A DNA stretch of 64,000 bases, taken from the NCBI RefSeq assembly GCF_009914755.1, contig NC_060927.1; one strand, 5' to 3'. The notes below the pieces were generated by a model that was not told where the DNA came from, did not search any database, and was given only the letters and a program-made list of their open reading frames with translations. Numbering within the stretch: position 1 is the stretch's first letter; every line of letters begins with the position of its first letter. Made by a program: the position numbers and the translations under genes. Below are positions 28,133 to 42,247 of the stretch, one piece after another. The stretch comes from the human T2T-CHM13v2.0 reference genome, Homo sapiens.

Positions 28133-29093
28133 TGATTATTTTATGAACACATTGGTGCTTCTGAAGAAGTTCTTATAGGTTCAAGTCTTTTTTCCTACTG
28201 TTGGAATCCTGAACTGTGATGCAGGAGTTCTGGGTTCTAACACCTGTGTGACCGTAAGCAAGTCCCTTTCTCTTTTGGCCTTCAGTTTCTACATCTATAA
28301 AATGAAAGAGTTATGTGGTGAACTAGATGATCTCTGAGAAACCTAATTCTGGCCAGCCTCTAGCAATTGCTTGTCCTTATTCACAAAATAAACAGAAAGA
28401 TGGAAAACAGGGCTGGATTCAGGAGGGCAAACTTTTCCCTACTAATTGCCATACTCATTGTGTGTGGGAAATAAGATCTCATTATCTTTACATCTAAAAA
28501 GACAACATGCCCACAGCCATTAACTACACTCGACACAGTGACAATTATTTTTTACTGTAGCAACTCTGCTTGGTTCAAGTAAAGAAAAATTTGAGAGAAA
28601 GTTCAAGTCCTGAAACTGCTAATGCCTTCCTGTGATGGTATGTGGGATGCTGTGGGGGTAGGGAACAATAAGCCAGACAGTTCATCTTAGGGGTAACCTC
28701 TTTGGTTTATGTAAAATGTATGACTCAAAGCAAATTCATTCTTGTAGGCTGCCATGCCTGAAAGAGGATGAAGCCTCTCTGAAAAGCTATTGGCCCCTTC
28801 ATACACTTAATCAGCTACATCTCTATGTTCTATGTTGCGATGTCTAATTTCCAGAGGAAAGATCATTTTCAAACCACATAAATGATGATGCTTTTGGAAA
28901 AAAAGAAACCAACAGAAAGGAAAACCCACCTCTCCTAAATGTAAAGATTTCGATATGAACTTGCTTATTGTTTGTATTATACACCCACATTCTTGATGCC
29001 TGGTATCTCTGAAATCATTTCAGTTTCCAGAAATCATTTGAGACACTCCTACACCCAGGGTTTTGATAAACAGTCCAGTTTCTACAGAGAGTA

Positions 29094-29098
<5 letters not shown>

Positions 29099-29145
<47 letters not shown>
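29099..29145 (+). repeat. (TG)21 microsatellite followed by CGCGC
   Basis: Perfect TG run at 29099-29140. Confidence 0.97.
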
Positions 29146-29359
29146 TTGAGAGACAGAGAAAGACAAGTTTTGGGGTAGAGAGAGAGAAAACCAGAGCACA
29201 CTTGTGAACTACACAGCATGGGCACCTGCAAAGGCTGGAGTAGGTTCTACAGTAATGTGCAAAGGAATTCAATGAGCATGGGTCTTCCTGCATGAATTAA
29301 GAATTTCTCTTTTGAGAGTGCAAGAAATTTTAGGGTAATTTTACTCAAATGCTAAGAAT

Positions 29360-29510
29360 AAAAGTAATGATCAACATTTTGGAGCACTTACCATGATCCA
29401 GGAGCTTTTCTAAGAGATTTAGTACATAATGACACATATATTATTCATAAAAAGTCTGTGAGGTTGATAACATTATTATCCCATTTTGCAGATGAAAACA
29501 CTGAATCGCA
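29360..29510 (-). mobile_element. MIR SINE
   Basis: gagcacttaccatgatccagg...ctgtgaggttgataacattattatcccattttgcagatgaaaacactga. Confidence 0.75.
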
Positions 29511-29512
29511 AA

Positions 29513-29829
29513 GAATGACCTGGATGCAATTAGAGACTATTATTCTAAATGAAGTAACTCAGGAATGGGAAACCAAATATTGTATGTTGTCACTGATATG
29601 TGGGAGCTAAGCTATGAGGGTGCAAAGGCATAAGAATGATACAATGGACTTGGGGATTTGGGGGGAAGAGTGGAGGGGGGCAAGAGATAAAAGACAACAA
29701 ATATGGTTCAGTGTGTACTGCTCAGGTGATGGGTGCACCAGGTTCACACAAATCTCCACTAAAGAATTTACTCATGTAACCAAATACCACCTGTACCCCA
29801 ATAACTTACGGAAAAATAAAATTAAAAAA
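29513..29829 (+). mobile_element. L1PB1-like 3' end
   Basis: gaagtaactcaggaatgg...gggagctaagctatgagggtgcaaaggcataagaatgatacaatggac...actcatgtaaccaaataccacctgtaccccaataac. Confidence 0.88.
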
Positions 29830-29849
29830 GGAGGTCCCCAATCCCTTGA

Positions 29850-30138
29850 TCATTAACACTGAATTAAAATCCTGCTTGACCACTGTGAAGACTCAAGGTA
29901 CCACTTTCTCTGGGAAGCACTTTTAGTGAGATGGAATCTCAATTTGCTCTGAGCTTTTTCATGGCACTGAAGTCTCTGCCATAACTTACAGTAATCTGTG
30001 CACATGCCAAATCATTTCTGCAAGACTCTAAGCTCCTATGATCAAGATGGTTTTAAATTTATTCCTATTATTCCACAGCATAGTGAAGCACCTGGCACTG
30101 GGTAGGCACCTAGGAAATATCAGTTGAGTAAATGTATG
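29850..30138 (+). mobile_element. L2 3' fragment
   Basis: gactctaagctcc...cacctggcactgggtaggcacctaggaaatatcagttgagtaaatgtatgaa. Confidence 0.6.
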
Positions 30139-31483
30139 AAAAGACTCAAGTTTCAGATCCAAGTTCTCTGCTAGCTGAATCTTGAGACAAATGTTTGAAA
30201 CTTTTAAAATACAATGTTCTGTTGTATTTTGTTTCCCCTTAATTCATCTTTACCACCTGGATGGTTATGGTGTGTGGTCTTTCTATCTGGCCTGGAAAAT
30301 AGGTTTCAAAAGTGAAATTGGATTCTGAAGTTTGTTGCACACCCCACTCCTGATCCTAAAGTGAACTTCACACAGGTTAAACCAATATAGTTCATCTTTG
30401 CTCTCATGGAGTTCCTTATCCTTATAGAAACAGAGCAGAACTCTAGGAGAGGACAGGCCTAACCTCATCCCCAAAGAGTAGCAAACCCTATAGAAAACTT
30501 GATTATAGCAAGATGTCTCTCATAAAGATATAATCTTATAAGGAGACCATCAAAATAGACAACTCCTCAAAGGTCATTGACTTTAACCATCTTATTTGGC
30601 AGATGGGGATAATGTGGCTCAGAGAGAGGAAATGAGTTGCCAAAGGTGACAGATCAATCTAATAAAATAAATGGGAATAGACCCAGGGAAGGTAACTTCC
30701 AAATGAGACTCCTTTCCCTATTACATTTTGCTAGACTTCATGACTGGGTTATAAATCAACGATTCCTAAAATAAAGCCTATTTGTTTACATTTGAGGCAA
30801 AACCTTGATTTAAGTTGGAATAAGTCCTCAGGCTTCAACAATACTAATCATAAGTTACTGAATGACAGGGGGTCTCTATTTTTGATCACATACTAAACAT
30901 TTGTGCCTACAAAGCTATGGCAGGATAAATTAGTTGGTTGGTGTCAGGAGAACATGAGTCACCATTCTCACCAGCAATAAATCCAATTGCTGGCATGGAA
31001 AAGATTAAATGAAAAATGACAGCTGAGATTGGAGCATGCTGGCCTCATTCCATCTAGGGTTCTTCGGTCCATGGGGTGGAAAATGTTACATCGTCCTTAC
31101 AGTGATGGTCAAGGGTTTTTAAGTAGTTATCATCACTTAATGTTGCTGGTGGCTGAAAAGAGGGCAAAAGTGAACAATGACAAGCAGATGAAAGGAGGAG
31201 ACACATGCTTGAGTCTTAACATTGATCCTGGCTTTTGGTTGACTTTGGACATGACACATGTCTCTGTGAGCTCCATTTTCCCCTTCTGAAAATTGATGGG
31301 AGTGGGGTGGGTTATATGTAGGGTCCCTTTCAGAATTTATCAGTCCCTTTTTTCTCTAGTGTGGTTCTGTGAGTCCTCAGGTGAGCAGAAGCTCAGAAAC
31401 TTCTCATCTCAGCTAACAGTCTTGACATCATCAGGGAAAGGCCATTTTGCAGTACCAATCTTAGAGCCAAAAGAGCAAGCTCA

Positions 31484-31777
31484 GGCCGCATGCGGCGGCT
31501 CATGCCTGTTATCCCAGCACTTTGGGAGCTGAGGTGGGTGGATCACTTGAATCTAAGAGTTTGACACCAGCCTGGGCAACATGGCGAAACCCTGTCTCTA
31601 TAGAAAATACAAAGACTAACCAGGCGCAGTGGCGTGGGCCTGTAGTCCCAGCTAATCAGGAGGCTGAGGCATGAGAATTGCTTGAACCTGGAAGGCGGAG
31701 GTTGCAGCGAGCCAAGATCACTCCACGGCACTCTAGCCTCTGTGACAGAGCAAGACCCTGCCAAAAAAAAAAAAAAA
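31484..31777 (+). mobile_element. Alu (AluJb/AluSz6-like)
   Basis: Full dimer with poly(A); TSD gcaagctca at 31475-31483 and 31779-31787. Confidence 0.92.
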
Positions 31778-33276
31778 TGCAAGCTCAATTCCCTTTTTAA
31801 ACCTCCAGCTCTTCCTCTAAAAAAATAAGGTAATAATACCTATTTCACAGAGGTATCTTATGGATCAAATGAGACTATGTAGTCCAAAGTGCTTTGTAAT
31901 CTGAAAATGATAAGGAGTTGAATAGATGATGATGAGTTTGAAGGTGGAGATATAGATGAGGAATTAAGGACGTGTTCTGGTTTTCCATAAAGATACAAAT
32001 GAGCTGTAGGTTCAGGGTCAATAGGTAAGTAAAAGGTAAGGAGGGAGACGTTCCATCTCTACTCCTGTGCTCTGCCCACCGTGAGAATTACACCAGAGGC
32101 TTCTGCATTAACTCTTTCTTTAGTTACAACCATCACTCCTCTGTCCTCCCAATTTAAGAGGAAGTATCACCTGTCTTATGTCTTGTGCTTTCCTTTCCCC
32201 CACCCCTATCACTGCAGACCCAGCTGGGGTATCAAATCAAAACTCCTGTACAGATATTTCACCCTCACTTATTTAGTCTTTGTGCTATCTAAAACAGCAG
32301 AGGTGCTCCCTCCACCCACACACTTCCCTTTGTTTCGAGGGCTGCAGCACCCTGGCCTGTGGCAGTTAGAGCTCCTGGCTAGAGAAGCTGCTCGACCTCC
32401 AGGTCTTCTCCTGGCATGGGAGCCCTGGGTGTGCAGCAGGTTACCTGGCATTTTTCCAGCGGTAAAGCATAATGCTATCTGATAGGAATAACACATTAGG
32501 TAGAAAACACAGCTTTTCATATGAATTCACAAGTTTATGGAGCTGAAAAGGACTTTAGGAGCTACCTGGTTCAACCCCCTGTTGTTTAGATACAGAAACT
32601 GAGCCCTAAGGAAGAGAAGCAACATGCAGTATCATTTAGAAATAGAACCAGAATGGTCTTCAAAAGATGACATCTAGGCCGAACTCCTCATTGGAAAGAT
32701 GAGAAAACTGTTAATTAGCAATGGAACGTGCTAGTTGACATGTGGTTAACAATGTTATCTGACCTGCTCTTGAGTTAAAGAACAGCACTGAAATTCACAA
32801 CCTCTGATTCAAAACTCAGATTTCATTTCATGAGACATAGAAGGTATACGATGTGGAAACTATGTATATGAAATCAAGGGTCTAAGGAGATATAGCTTAA
32901 AAACAGTAGGTTATGATATTAATATAAATTTGGGGAAATACATTTATATCCATATTTTGGAATTTCAATGTTACAAGAGCTACATTATATATTCCTGGGT
33001 ATATGATTATGATCAAGAGCATAACTAAATTTGTGGTAGAGGTTTAGGATATATTTTATAGGCATAAAATAACCACTAAGAATTACTTTCACTCCAACCC
33101 CGAGGCTCAAAGGAGCCTTGTGAAAGTCAATTTTCTATTCTGAGAAAGCAACTTATCTGTGATGGTCCAAAGGTAGGCCCTACCAAGTGCAGACTAAGGC
33201 TGGAAATGGAGATGTCCATGTGTGCTTGGGCCAAAGCCTGTTTCTTTCTGAAGTACAGTCCAGTTCTGGGGCTGGA

Positions 33277-33693
33277 CTGTGGCATACTTGTTAATGTTTA
33301 ATAACTGCCTTTCTGGGAGGAAGCCCTCATTTGTTGTGTTTGCCAATATCCTTGGTGTAAATATTCTCATCATGGTTGAATTCAGGCCACCAATGCAACA
33401 TCACTGAATGTGGTATTTGGAAGAGATACACAGCAGCACACCATTGTACAATATTTCTAACATACAAATGCAAGAAATACAAATAACCTCAAGAGCATAT
33501 TTAATGATGAAATGTCCTAAAAAATAGGAAGTGGTGAGTTTTTAGTATTTATTACCATTATTTTTGTATGATTTATGTTTTTATGATTTACTTTTTAATA
33601 ATGACTGTGCTTTTCCAGCAGTTCCCAAAATTCCTGATAATTTCACAATTAGCTCTTATAAACTGGAACAAGCCAGCTTCCAGCACACCACTA
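33277..33693 (-). mobile_element. MER63 (hAT-Blackjack) DNA transposon fossil, nested in a MIR
   Basis: aaataacctcaagagcat...taggaagtggtgagttttt...aaaattcctgataattt...ccagcacaccact; flanks ggctgga/ggccaga. Confidence 0.8.
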
Positions 33694-33890
33694 GGCCAGA
33701 TAGACCTGGGTTTGAATCCTGGTCTGTTGTTCTGCTAGCTATGTGACATTGGTGAGGTTTTGAACTTCTTTGAGCTTTAGTTTTTTCTGCTATTAAAAAT
33801 GATGACAATAATAATAATTTCATGGATTTATTGGTCATTAAACAAGATAGTGCTTAGCATAGTAGCTCCATATGATAAATATTCTATGTT
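33694..33890 (+). mobile_element. MIR SINE
   Basis: agacctgggtttgaatcctggtctg...ctagctatgtgac...aaaatgatgacaataataata. Confidence 0.75.
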
Positions 33891-33914
33891 TGTACTAGTA
33901 TATTCCAAAGCCAA

Positions 33915-34440
33915 ATTCATTTACTTAATAAACATTTTGCAGGGATGCATTTTATAGGTGTTTTGTATTGTACATTGTCTGCAGTATTACGCACTATGTG
34001 GGTACAAAGTGCCTCAGACATGACTCTTGACCTGCCCTTAGAAGGTTCATAGTCTATCAGAATGGGATATAAGACATGGACACCAATAAGTTTATAATAC
34101 AGAACAAGCTATGGTCAGCTAGTTAAAAACAAACAGCCTGGGAAATGAAGAAAAGAGAGGATTTATGGAGGTGATGGCATTTGATTCATATATTACAGAA
34201 TAGACTGGATATACAGAGATGTCCAGAAAAAGATTTCCCAAGAACAGAGAGTAAGGGAAGCAAAGACAAAGACAAAGGAACAGGAAGGAACAAACGGTAC
34301 AAGGTTCAGTGGAACAGAATATGAAAAGTGACCCTGAGGAGACTGATGGACAGGCAGGCAACCTCCAGGTCATGTTCACCTTGAATGCTGAGGAATTTGG
34401 TTTATGTTTATGTAGGTAACGATGAGCCTGATAAGTGACA
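33915..34440 (-). mobile_element. L2 fragments
   Basis: cagacatgactcttgacctgcccttagaaggttcatagtcta...ggaggtgatggcatttga...gctgaggaatttggtttat. Confidence 0.6.
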
Positions 34441-36094
34441 CAAATCATGTTTTTCAATTACCTATCGTATTATTTTAAATATTATACTTGTTCGCTGAAT
34501 AAATTTTGATGGTAACTGTTCTTTTCCCCTTTAAAAGAAATAGTTAAGAGTTAACTACATAGTGAAATACAGTTTTAAACTAAGTAAATTTCCCCTGTGG
34601 AAAAAATCTTATGCTCAGGGTTAGTAGGTGGCATTATAATTCCCAGTTGAAAACTATGTCATTGTTTAAAGGTTTTGATAAATATTAGCAAGGCTCAGAC
34701 CAGAGGCAGTATTTCATGAGTTTTCAATTGTCTGCCACGTCTCTCGTGCATTATGCTTCACACACAAAAAAGTCAGATGACCTACATCTTCCTCTGCTCC
34801 AGTCTGAAGCTGCTATATATAGGCTTTGGTTATGAATGTTTTTTCCTACGAAAAGGTCAGACCTTGCACATGTACCATCAATGCATAGCTCTGTGTATTA
34901 AAGAGCAGACGGGCAAGTTTGTAAACATCATTGAAATATTACTGATATGGGGAAAGCTTGGCAGTTTGGTGAAAAACTAGTGGCCTCCAAACTCTCTTTG
35001 AGAGAAGACAGGGAAACCTCTCTCTTGTGATTACAGAAGCACTTTCCTTCTGGCTAAAGCAACATGTCACTGTCAGCCCACATGTACAGAAGCAGGCTGG
35101 GACACTCCCAGCCCCAGATCTCTCGTACATGTGGGTGCACACAGTTGCCCCTATCAGAGAGACACTAGGGTGCGTTAACTCCTCCTTCCCACTTCAAACC
35201 CCCATGGAACATCTGGAGGTGGAGCTGGGGAAGGTACCTTGGCCAGATAGATGCAAACACAATTTGGGGTTTCCGTTTGTACACAGGGTGCAGCAGCCAC
35301 CCCTGGCCAACATCGAAACACAAGAGAAAATGTGGGGAGAGTTGAACTCTTACTTTTAAGCCAAAAGGTCATAGGTTCAAATACCCTTCTGATGTCAGCT
35401 GCTCCCTAGGGCTAACCCTTGAGTCTGAATGCTCTGAAAAGATTGAGCTGCTCCAGGAAAGAGGCCTGATGATTCAATTTGGATCTTTTCTCAACAAGGC
35501 CAAGTTCTTTCCCAGAATGAAATTATTTAATAACTATGTGAAACCGATGTGATATTCACTTGTTTAATAAACAAGAAATTAAAGTCCAAAGAGTTAAAGT
35601 GACTTTGCCCAAGTTCACTGGACAGTAGAGGAGATGAGCAGGCTTCATGATCGTGTCATCTTCCCATGAGGTCTGTCTCCTGTGGACTCAACCAGATATT
35701 CTTGTCATGTGCCCCAGGAACCAGCACTGAGATGGGCAGTGTTGCCATAGAAAACAATAGCTGGCATTGTGGGTGTCTTCAATTCGTTCATATCTACCTG
35801 TTAAGACAAGCCTCATAGAGGGGACATTACAAAATGGGAATCTCCAGGTTATAGTAAGTAAAGTATTATTAGGCTGAAGGTCAGAAAGAATCTGGCTCTG
35901 GTTTTAGATCAGATGTTACTTATTCATTTACTCACACATTTATTCATTCAATAAATACTCATTGAGAGTCTGTCAGGCCTCATTCTAAGCACTGAGAATA
36001 TAGTGTTGTGAATAAAAAGAGATATAGTCCTGACCTCATGGAGCATAGACAGACTGGTGGCCTCCTATGTGTACATTGCAGAGCATATCTCTCT

Positions 36095-36162
36095 ACATAT
36101 ATGTATAATATATAGCAATTATGTGTGTGTGTGTGTGTATATATATGTGTATATATATATAT
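36095..36162 (+). repeat. Compound (TA)n/(TG)n microsatellite
   Basis: acatatatgtataatatatag...atgtgtgtgtgtgtgtgtatatatatgtgtatatatatatatag. Confidence 0.85.
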
Positions 36163-37509
36163 AGCTTACCCCTTTATCTGCCCCCTACCATGTAAGCCCA
36201 TCACAGCAAGAGCTGTGTTTACTCCATTTGTGAATCTCGTTTCTTGGCACCAAGTGGGTACTGATTGAAAAATGATCTGTAAGGTTTCCTCAGTCATTCA
36301 TTGAAAAGAACAAAGGATGCTTAATAAGAATTACAAGTGATTTTCATGACTTCACCTATTTCTTTACTAACATGGTTACTACTGAAGTCTTGTTCTTGGG
36401 CTCCACTGAGAAGGCCACAGATGCAGTAACTCCTTCATATCTTCCACCTCTAACATCTTGTGCCACCTGCCTGGCTGGGCCTCATTTTCCTAATCTAGCT
36501 AAGTCTGCGCCTTCTGAGGGTGCTTGTCTCATCTCCCAGTCCTGAGCCTCCCTGGTCCATCCCCTGGTGATCCCCACAGAGTTTTCTCGCTGACAGCAAA
36601 GAAAGGTTTGGGGCCTTTGGAGATTGCCAATATGGTGACACTGAGGCAGTGAAATTCCTAGATTTGAATAATGTAATGACTGAGCATTTGTAGTTAAATA
36701 AGAAAGAAAAGAAAAACCTCATTGTGGTGATAAAAGCTATCCAAGAAAAGCAGGCTGCTTCACTGGGCAAGGAATTCCCCATGGCTGGAGGAGTTTCCCA
36801 GAAGCCAGGCCACCACCACAATGAAGCAAAGAAGTCAAGCGTGGGACGGAGGAGGGTCACTCCTGAGGTTCCCGTTAACTTCATCTTCTATGGCCACATC
36901 TCCATTCTTCATCGTTTTGAGAATTAATGATGCACCAAATCCCAGAAATTTCTTCCCCTTTTTTCCCAGATGAGTCTAAGTTGAAAAATTAACCTTTATT
37001 TATCTTTACCAATCCACAGACTAGAGTAACTGTGCTGATCCCAGATAAACGTCCTTCTCCTATTTCATTAGTTTAAGTCTCTTAAAATTCTCTTTTTGAT
37101 ATACTATTTACCTGATCCAAAATCCTTCACAGTTGCCCACCCTCTCCAGGCTAACACCCTGTCACTTTAGCCTGGCACTCTGGACCCTCCACCATCAGGC
37201 TCCAGAACATCACCTTTTCAGCCTCACCTTGAACTGCTCTTTATCCACCCGCTTGGTTCTCTACTCTGTTAAATGCACGGCCACTGGAACACTCCTCCTC
37301 TTTTCCATTTCCACATTCTTCTTTACATTATTCCAGTGCCAGTCATATTTGTAGTATCTTATTTCCTTATTCTTTGGAGTATTTTCTTATTTGCTTATGC
37401 TTCTGGAGAGCATGGACTGTCTTCATCATTACACAGCCAGTGCCCAGTCTGGCACTCAAGCCATGTATTGATTGGAATCAAATTGAATTACAAACATTTT
37501 TTTTTTCAA

Positions 37510-37720
37510 TGAGGGAGGCAGAAGAGCATATTGGTTAAGAGCACAAATTTTGTAGCCAGACTTCGTCGGTGTGAGTCCAAACTTTACTATTTACCAACGA
37601 GGTGGCCTTGATCAAGTTACTTAAACTTTTTGGAATTCAGTTTCCTCATCTGTAGAATGGGAATAATAATAGTCCCTGCCTGACGTTATGAGTTGACTTT
37701 TATAAAGTGCTTACTTCCTT
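37510..37720 (+). mobile_element. MIR SINE, preceded by an L2 3' fragment (~37090-37490)
   Basis: ggttaagagcacaaattttgtagccagact...caagttacttaaac...cagtttcctcatctgtagaatgggaataataatagt. Confidence 0.8.
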
Positions 37721-39714
37721 GACAGGCAGGCACACAGCTCTCCACTTACGTAGCACCTATTCATTCTTCAAGGTGCCCCTCTATTTCTCCCTCCTCCACA
37801 GATATTAATTCTATTTTCCATGTATAAAGCACTTTAGAGTTTACAAAGACCTTTCATATGTGTTTTCACATTTAATCATCACGGTGGCATGGGAGGTAGG
37901 TGTTGCTGTCCCCGGAGAGTTTTGGTGACACAGGTAAAGCAGGGGGAGGGCAGAGGGACAGGAGCCCAGAGACTGGTTTTCTATCCAGAGTATGACCAGC
38001 TTCAACGTTTTTCCTCCATTCTGAACCAGTGGGATGGTACAGCACTGTCCAGCATGTCACCAGGTAAGCCTCATTTCTGCCTTAAGGGTCCCCTATCGTT
38101 GCACCAAAACCCAAAGCCAGTGCTGTTGTTCTTGCTGTACTCGAGCATGTTATTTGCATTTCCAGACCAGGCTTAGTCTCATAGCCTTCTCAGGTGAGGA
38201 GGGACTTACTGGTTCATGTGCTCTCTGGAGGCTCTGCGGTTTCATTTCACCTGCTGCAGATTGTTCTGTGACCTTTCCTCCATCGCTGGACGCAAACCTT
38301 TCTCATTGCGAGATATTAGGTAACTGCAGAACAGAACATCCAAGCTAGAAGGAATTTTGGAGATCATTAAGTCCAATTCCAAAACCATCTTAAGGAGGAA
38401 TGAACACTGAGTTCTAGGAAAATAAACTACTTGCCCAGAGACTTTGCTAATTTATGTGCTCCTCAGGGCAGGGCCATGTTCAAGCAATGAAGAAATAAGG
38501 ATCAGGCACTTGCTTTCAAAAAGCACACCGTCCGGTAAACTACACCCTACTCATCTTAACATCTCAAATGTCTAACCCAGGGCCTAACACACATAGTAGA
38601 TGCTCCATAGATGGTTCCCGATTAAGTAAATAAGTGAATGAATTAATGAATGTCACCTTGATAGTCACCTGCTGAGCCGGTGCCAAACCTTGAACTTAGG
38701 ATTTCTATGCTGGGCTCCCACTGCTCATACTCTCTGCCTCCCCCATTCAGACTCATAGTAAGGTTCGAGAAACAGCCAATAAACATGACAAAAATGCATG
38801 CAAATATTCAATACCCATCATGTTTATTCACGATTCACAAGTGTATTCCTAGTCTTCTTCGATAAGACTCTCTCTCTATCATGATGTGACAGAAGCTAAG
38901 CAGAGAAACAGAGCTTCCAGCTGAAGAACAGCACTGACAGAGCCAGGAACTGCCTCTTGGAATGCCAGTACTGCCTCAAGCCGAAAATGTTCCCATGTCC
39001 TTGCTCTTCAAATAGGAACCAGCATATGACACATATGGGCTCATGATGGATATTTTAACATGTTTCAAATTTTGCCTGATTTTCACTCATTCCATAGAAT
39101 GTCTAAGCTAGAAAATGCCTTGGAGATCATCAGGCTTAATAATTCTTTCACGGGACAGATAGAAATCCGAGAGTCAGAGGGGGAACGTGAGTGGTTCATG
39201 GTCACACAACCTGTCAGTGGCTCAGATTGACCCCAAACCCAGGATTCCTAGATTCCACCTAAGAGATTCTTTGTGTGCCCCATACTGCTGGATTCAGCAT
39301 TAAGCCAGCAGACCAGTCAAGTGTAAGCTTCTTGAGAGCACAGGCTGTATCAATGGCTTATCTTTCTATCTCAGATTTCTAGCTCAGTGGCTTGCATGTC
39401 ACAGAAACTCCTTCTCTACCCAGCACTGTGGAGTTCTCAGAGCTTTCATGTTCACCATGAGCCCCACTTTACATATGAGTGAGCCTCATGTTGCTCAAAT
39501 GGACAAAGGGCTCACGGCTTCAGAAAAATGGTAGCAGAACTTGAACCCTGATCATTGGACAGCTAATTCATGCCCTTTTTCTGTCCTACGTAACCACCCA
39601 ATAACTTTGATTACCAAGTGAGTAAATGATTACAGGATGAATGGTTGAAAGACTGACAAACATAGAAATCAATCACTCTCTCTTGAAAAACAGATTTTAA
39701 AAAACAAATAACTC

Positions 39715-40098
<384 letters not shown>

Positions 40099-40677
40099 TC
40101 ACCTTGAATTTCCCTTCATTTGACACCAACATGTGTGTTTAGGGAAAAGGAAAAGCTAACAGCACTTAACCTCTGTGTTCCTTGAGGGGTCAATTTTTCT
40201 GATGTTAATCCTGTCCAATTTGGGTGATTTTAAAAAGTACAAAGAAAGACATTTAAGCCATGCAAATTCCTCCTCCCAGAGATTGCCAGTAGTTAACATT
40301 TTGGTGAATATCCATCATCTTTTTAAAATCTTTTTTCTAAAGCTTATAAATAAATTTTTAATGGATTTGCACTGAAAAACTGCTTAGTAATTTGTTTTTG
40401 TTGCTTAATAATAAATCACAAATATCTAATTAGGTCGCAAGTTGATCAAGTGGGAGAATGAGCATATTTTAACAATGTTTGATCAGTTGAGTAACACACA
40501 GGTGATGAGATTCCCAAACATTGCTTTCCATTGACTGTTTTAAGGACCCAGAGAAGCCATATTACCAGTCCTTGCCCGGGCTCTTCCGCTTCTAACATGA
40601 CCATGGCTGCAACATGGTTAAGGTATCAGTAATTATAATAGCTTGGAATAACAGCTTACATTTTGCTAACCTCTCTT

Positions 40678-40680
<3 letters not shown>

Positions 40681-40727
<47 letters not shown>
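40681..40727 (+). repeat. (AC)23 microsatellite
   Basis: Perfect AC run. Confidence 0.97.
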
Positions 40728-40732
<5 letters not shown>

Positions 40733-41149
40733 ACATGTCAACCATTGTGATCAATAGGCAGAGAAGGAAACCTCACATATCTCATGTTCCTTGCACAACC
40801 CTGGAAGAGAAGCAGGTTCATGTCATTATTTTAAAGATGAAAAACTTGAGGATCAGGGAGATCATGTGACAGGCCTGCCTTTTGGGTTTTTGTTTCTTTG
40901 TTTGTTTGTTCTTTTAGTAACATCTTTAGAAAGAAAATAAAGAAAAATGAACCAAAGTTCAAAGAGGAGTTCTTATGATTGGAGATTAGAAAAAGATTTT
41001 ACTCATTCATACTAGAGAGACTAACACATTCTTGGTCTTTCATTCCAGACCACTCTTTATACCTACCACACTGCTTCCTGACTTAAAACACCTTTGAAAG
41101 TTTTGGTGATTTTAGCTAATTTAATAGAACATTTTATGATATATACATA

Positions 41150-41700
41150 TAAACATGCTGCGTTCTTTCCTGCCCCACCTCTAGCAGCAATGAGTGCTGA
41201 CGGTGCATTCTGTGGCCTCCACGGATGGGCTGACTGCCTGTCACGTCTGTGAACAAGGTTTAATTTGATTAACGTGGGCTACCAGTCAGGACGACCTCCC
41301 CTGCTCAGCGACGCAAGGGCTGCTGGGTATGGCTGGCTGGAGGGCCAGAGAGCAGTTGTGATTCATTTCTGCCCCAGGCACCCACCTGGCGGGCCTGGTG
41401 CAAGTGCCGTGGGATCAGGGGAAAGTGAGAGGCCTGGCAGGCGCCTTGGCTGTGAGCTGAGCTTCGGGAGTAATAGTGAGAAGAGGGATGAGGGCAGCAG
41501 CTGCTGAGGTTGATATTTATATAATGACTCTCTGTGTTTTGAGGCAGGAAGTGAAACTGAGGTTGTGCTGAGACACTTTCCTTCCCCCATACCACTGCCC
41601 ACGGCGGCTCCGGTGGGTGACCCAGGGAGAGCCACAGCAGATGCAGAGCAGGCTCCAGCCCCTTACTGGGGTGTCGGAGCTAAGGCTCTGTAGGGTCCAA
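41150..41700. promoter_or_regulatory. Candidate GC-rich regulatory element with an ETS-IRF composite (EICE) and a TATA-like box
   Basis: GGAAGTGAAACT at 41547-41558; TATAAATA on the minus strand at 41514-41521; CTCF-like CCGCCAGGTGGG on the minus strand near 41381-41393; locally retained CpGs; no repeat recognised. Confidence 0.5.
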
Positions 41701-42247
41701 GAGGCTCCCCTCCCTCTCCGTATGATTGTCCCTCCTTTCTCTCCACTTAGTTCTGCCTTATGGTGGAGACAGCATTGCTGCACCCCTGCAGCTTTGTAGG
41801 ATTGCCATAATGGACTGTGGGACAATATCTACAAAACACAAGGCCAATCACGCATCTCTGGAGAATTAGCATTAAAACTCTTTATTACTTTCCTATGACC
41901 ACTTCCAACACCACCACCACTGGTTTTTGTGGATTGTTTTTCCCTGACTTCTATACCTGCCTCAAGCCAACTTTCTGCCTGGTTTTTCTTCCTTCCTTCC
42001 AAGCATTAATACCTTTTGGAACCACCTCAGACCTCACAGTAAATGTCCCCTTCAGTGCTTTCCTTTCCTCTTGCTTAAGCCCAAGTTTAGGAATTCCATT
42101 CTTTCCTGTCTAAAACAAAAAGGCATTTTAATATAGATGATGTTCCATCCAGAGAGGCCTTCCTATTCTGCTTCTCACTCTAGTGTTGGGAGATTATTTG
42201 AAACATGGAGTGTTCACAGCTGAAAAGGACTTAAAAACTGTCTAGCC

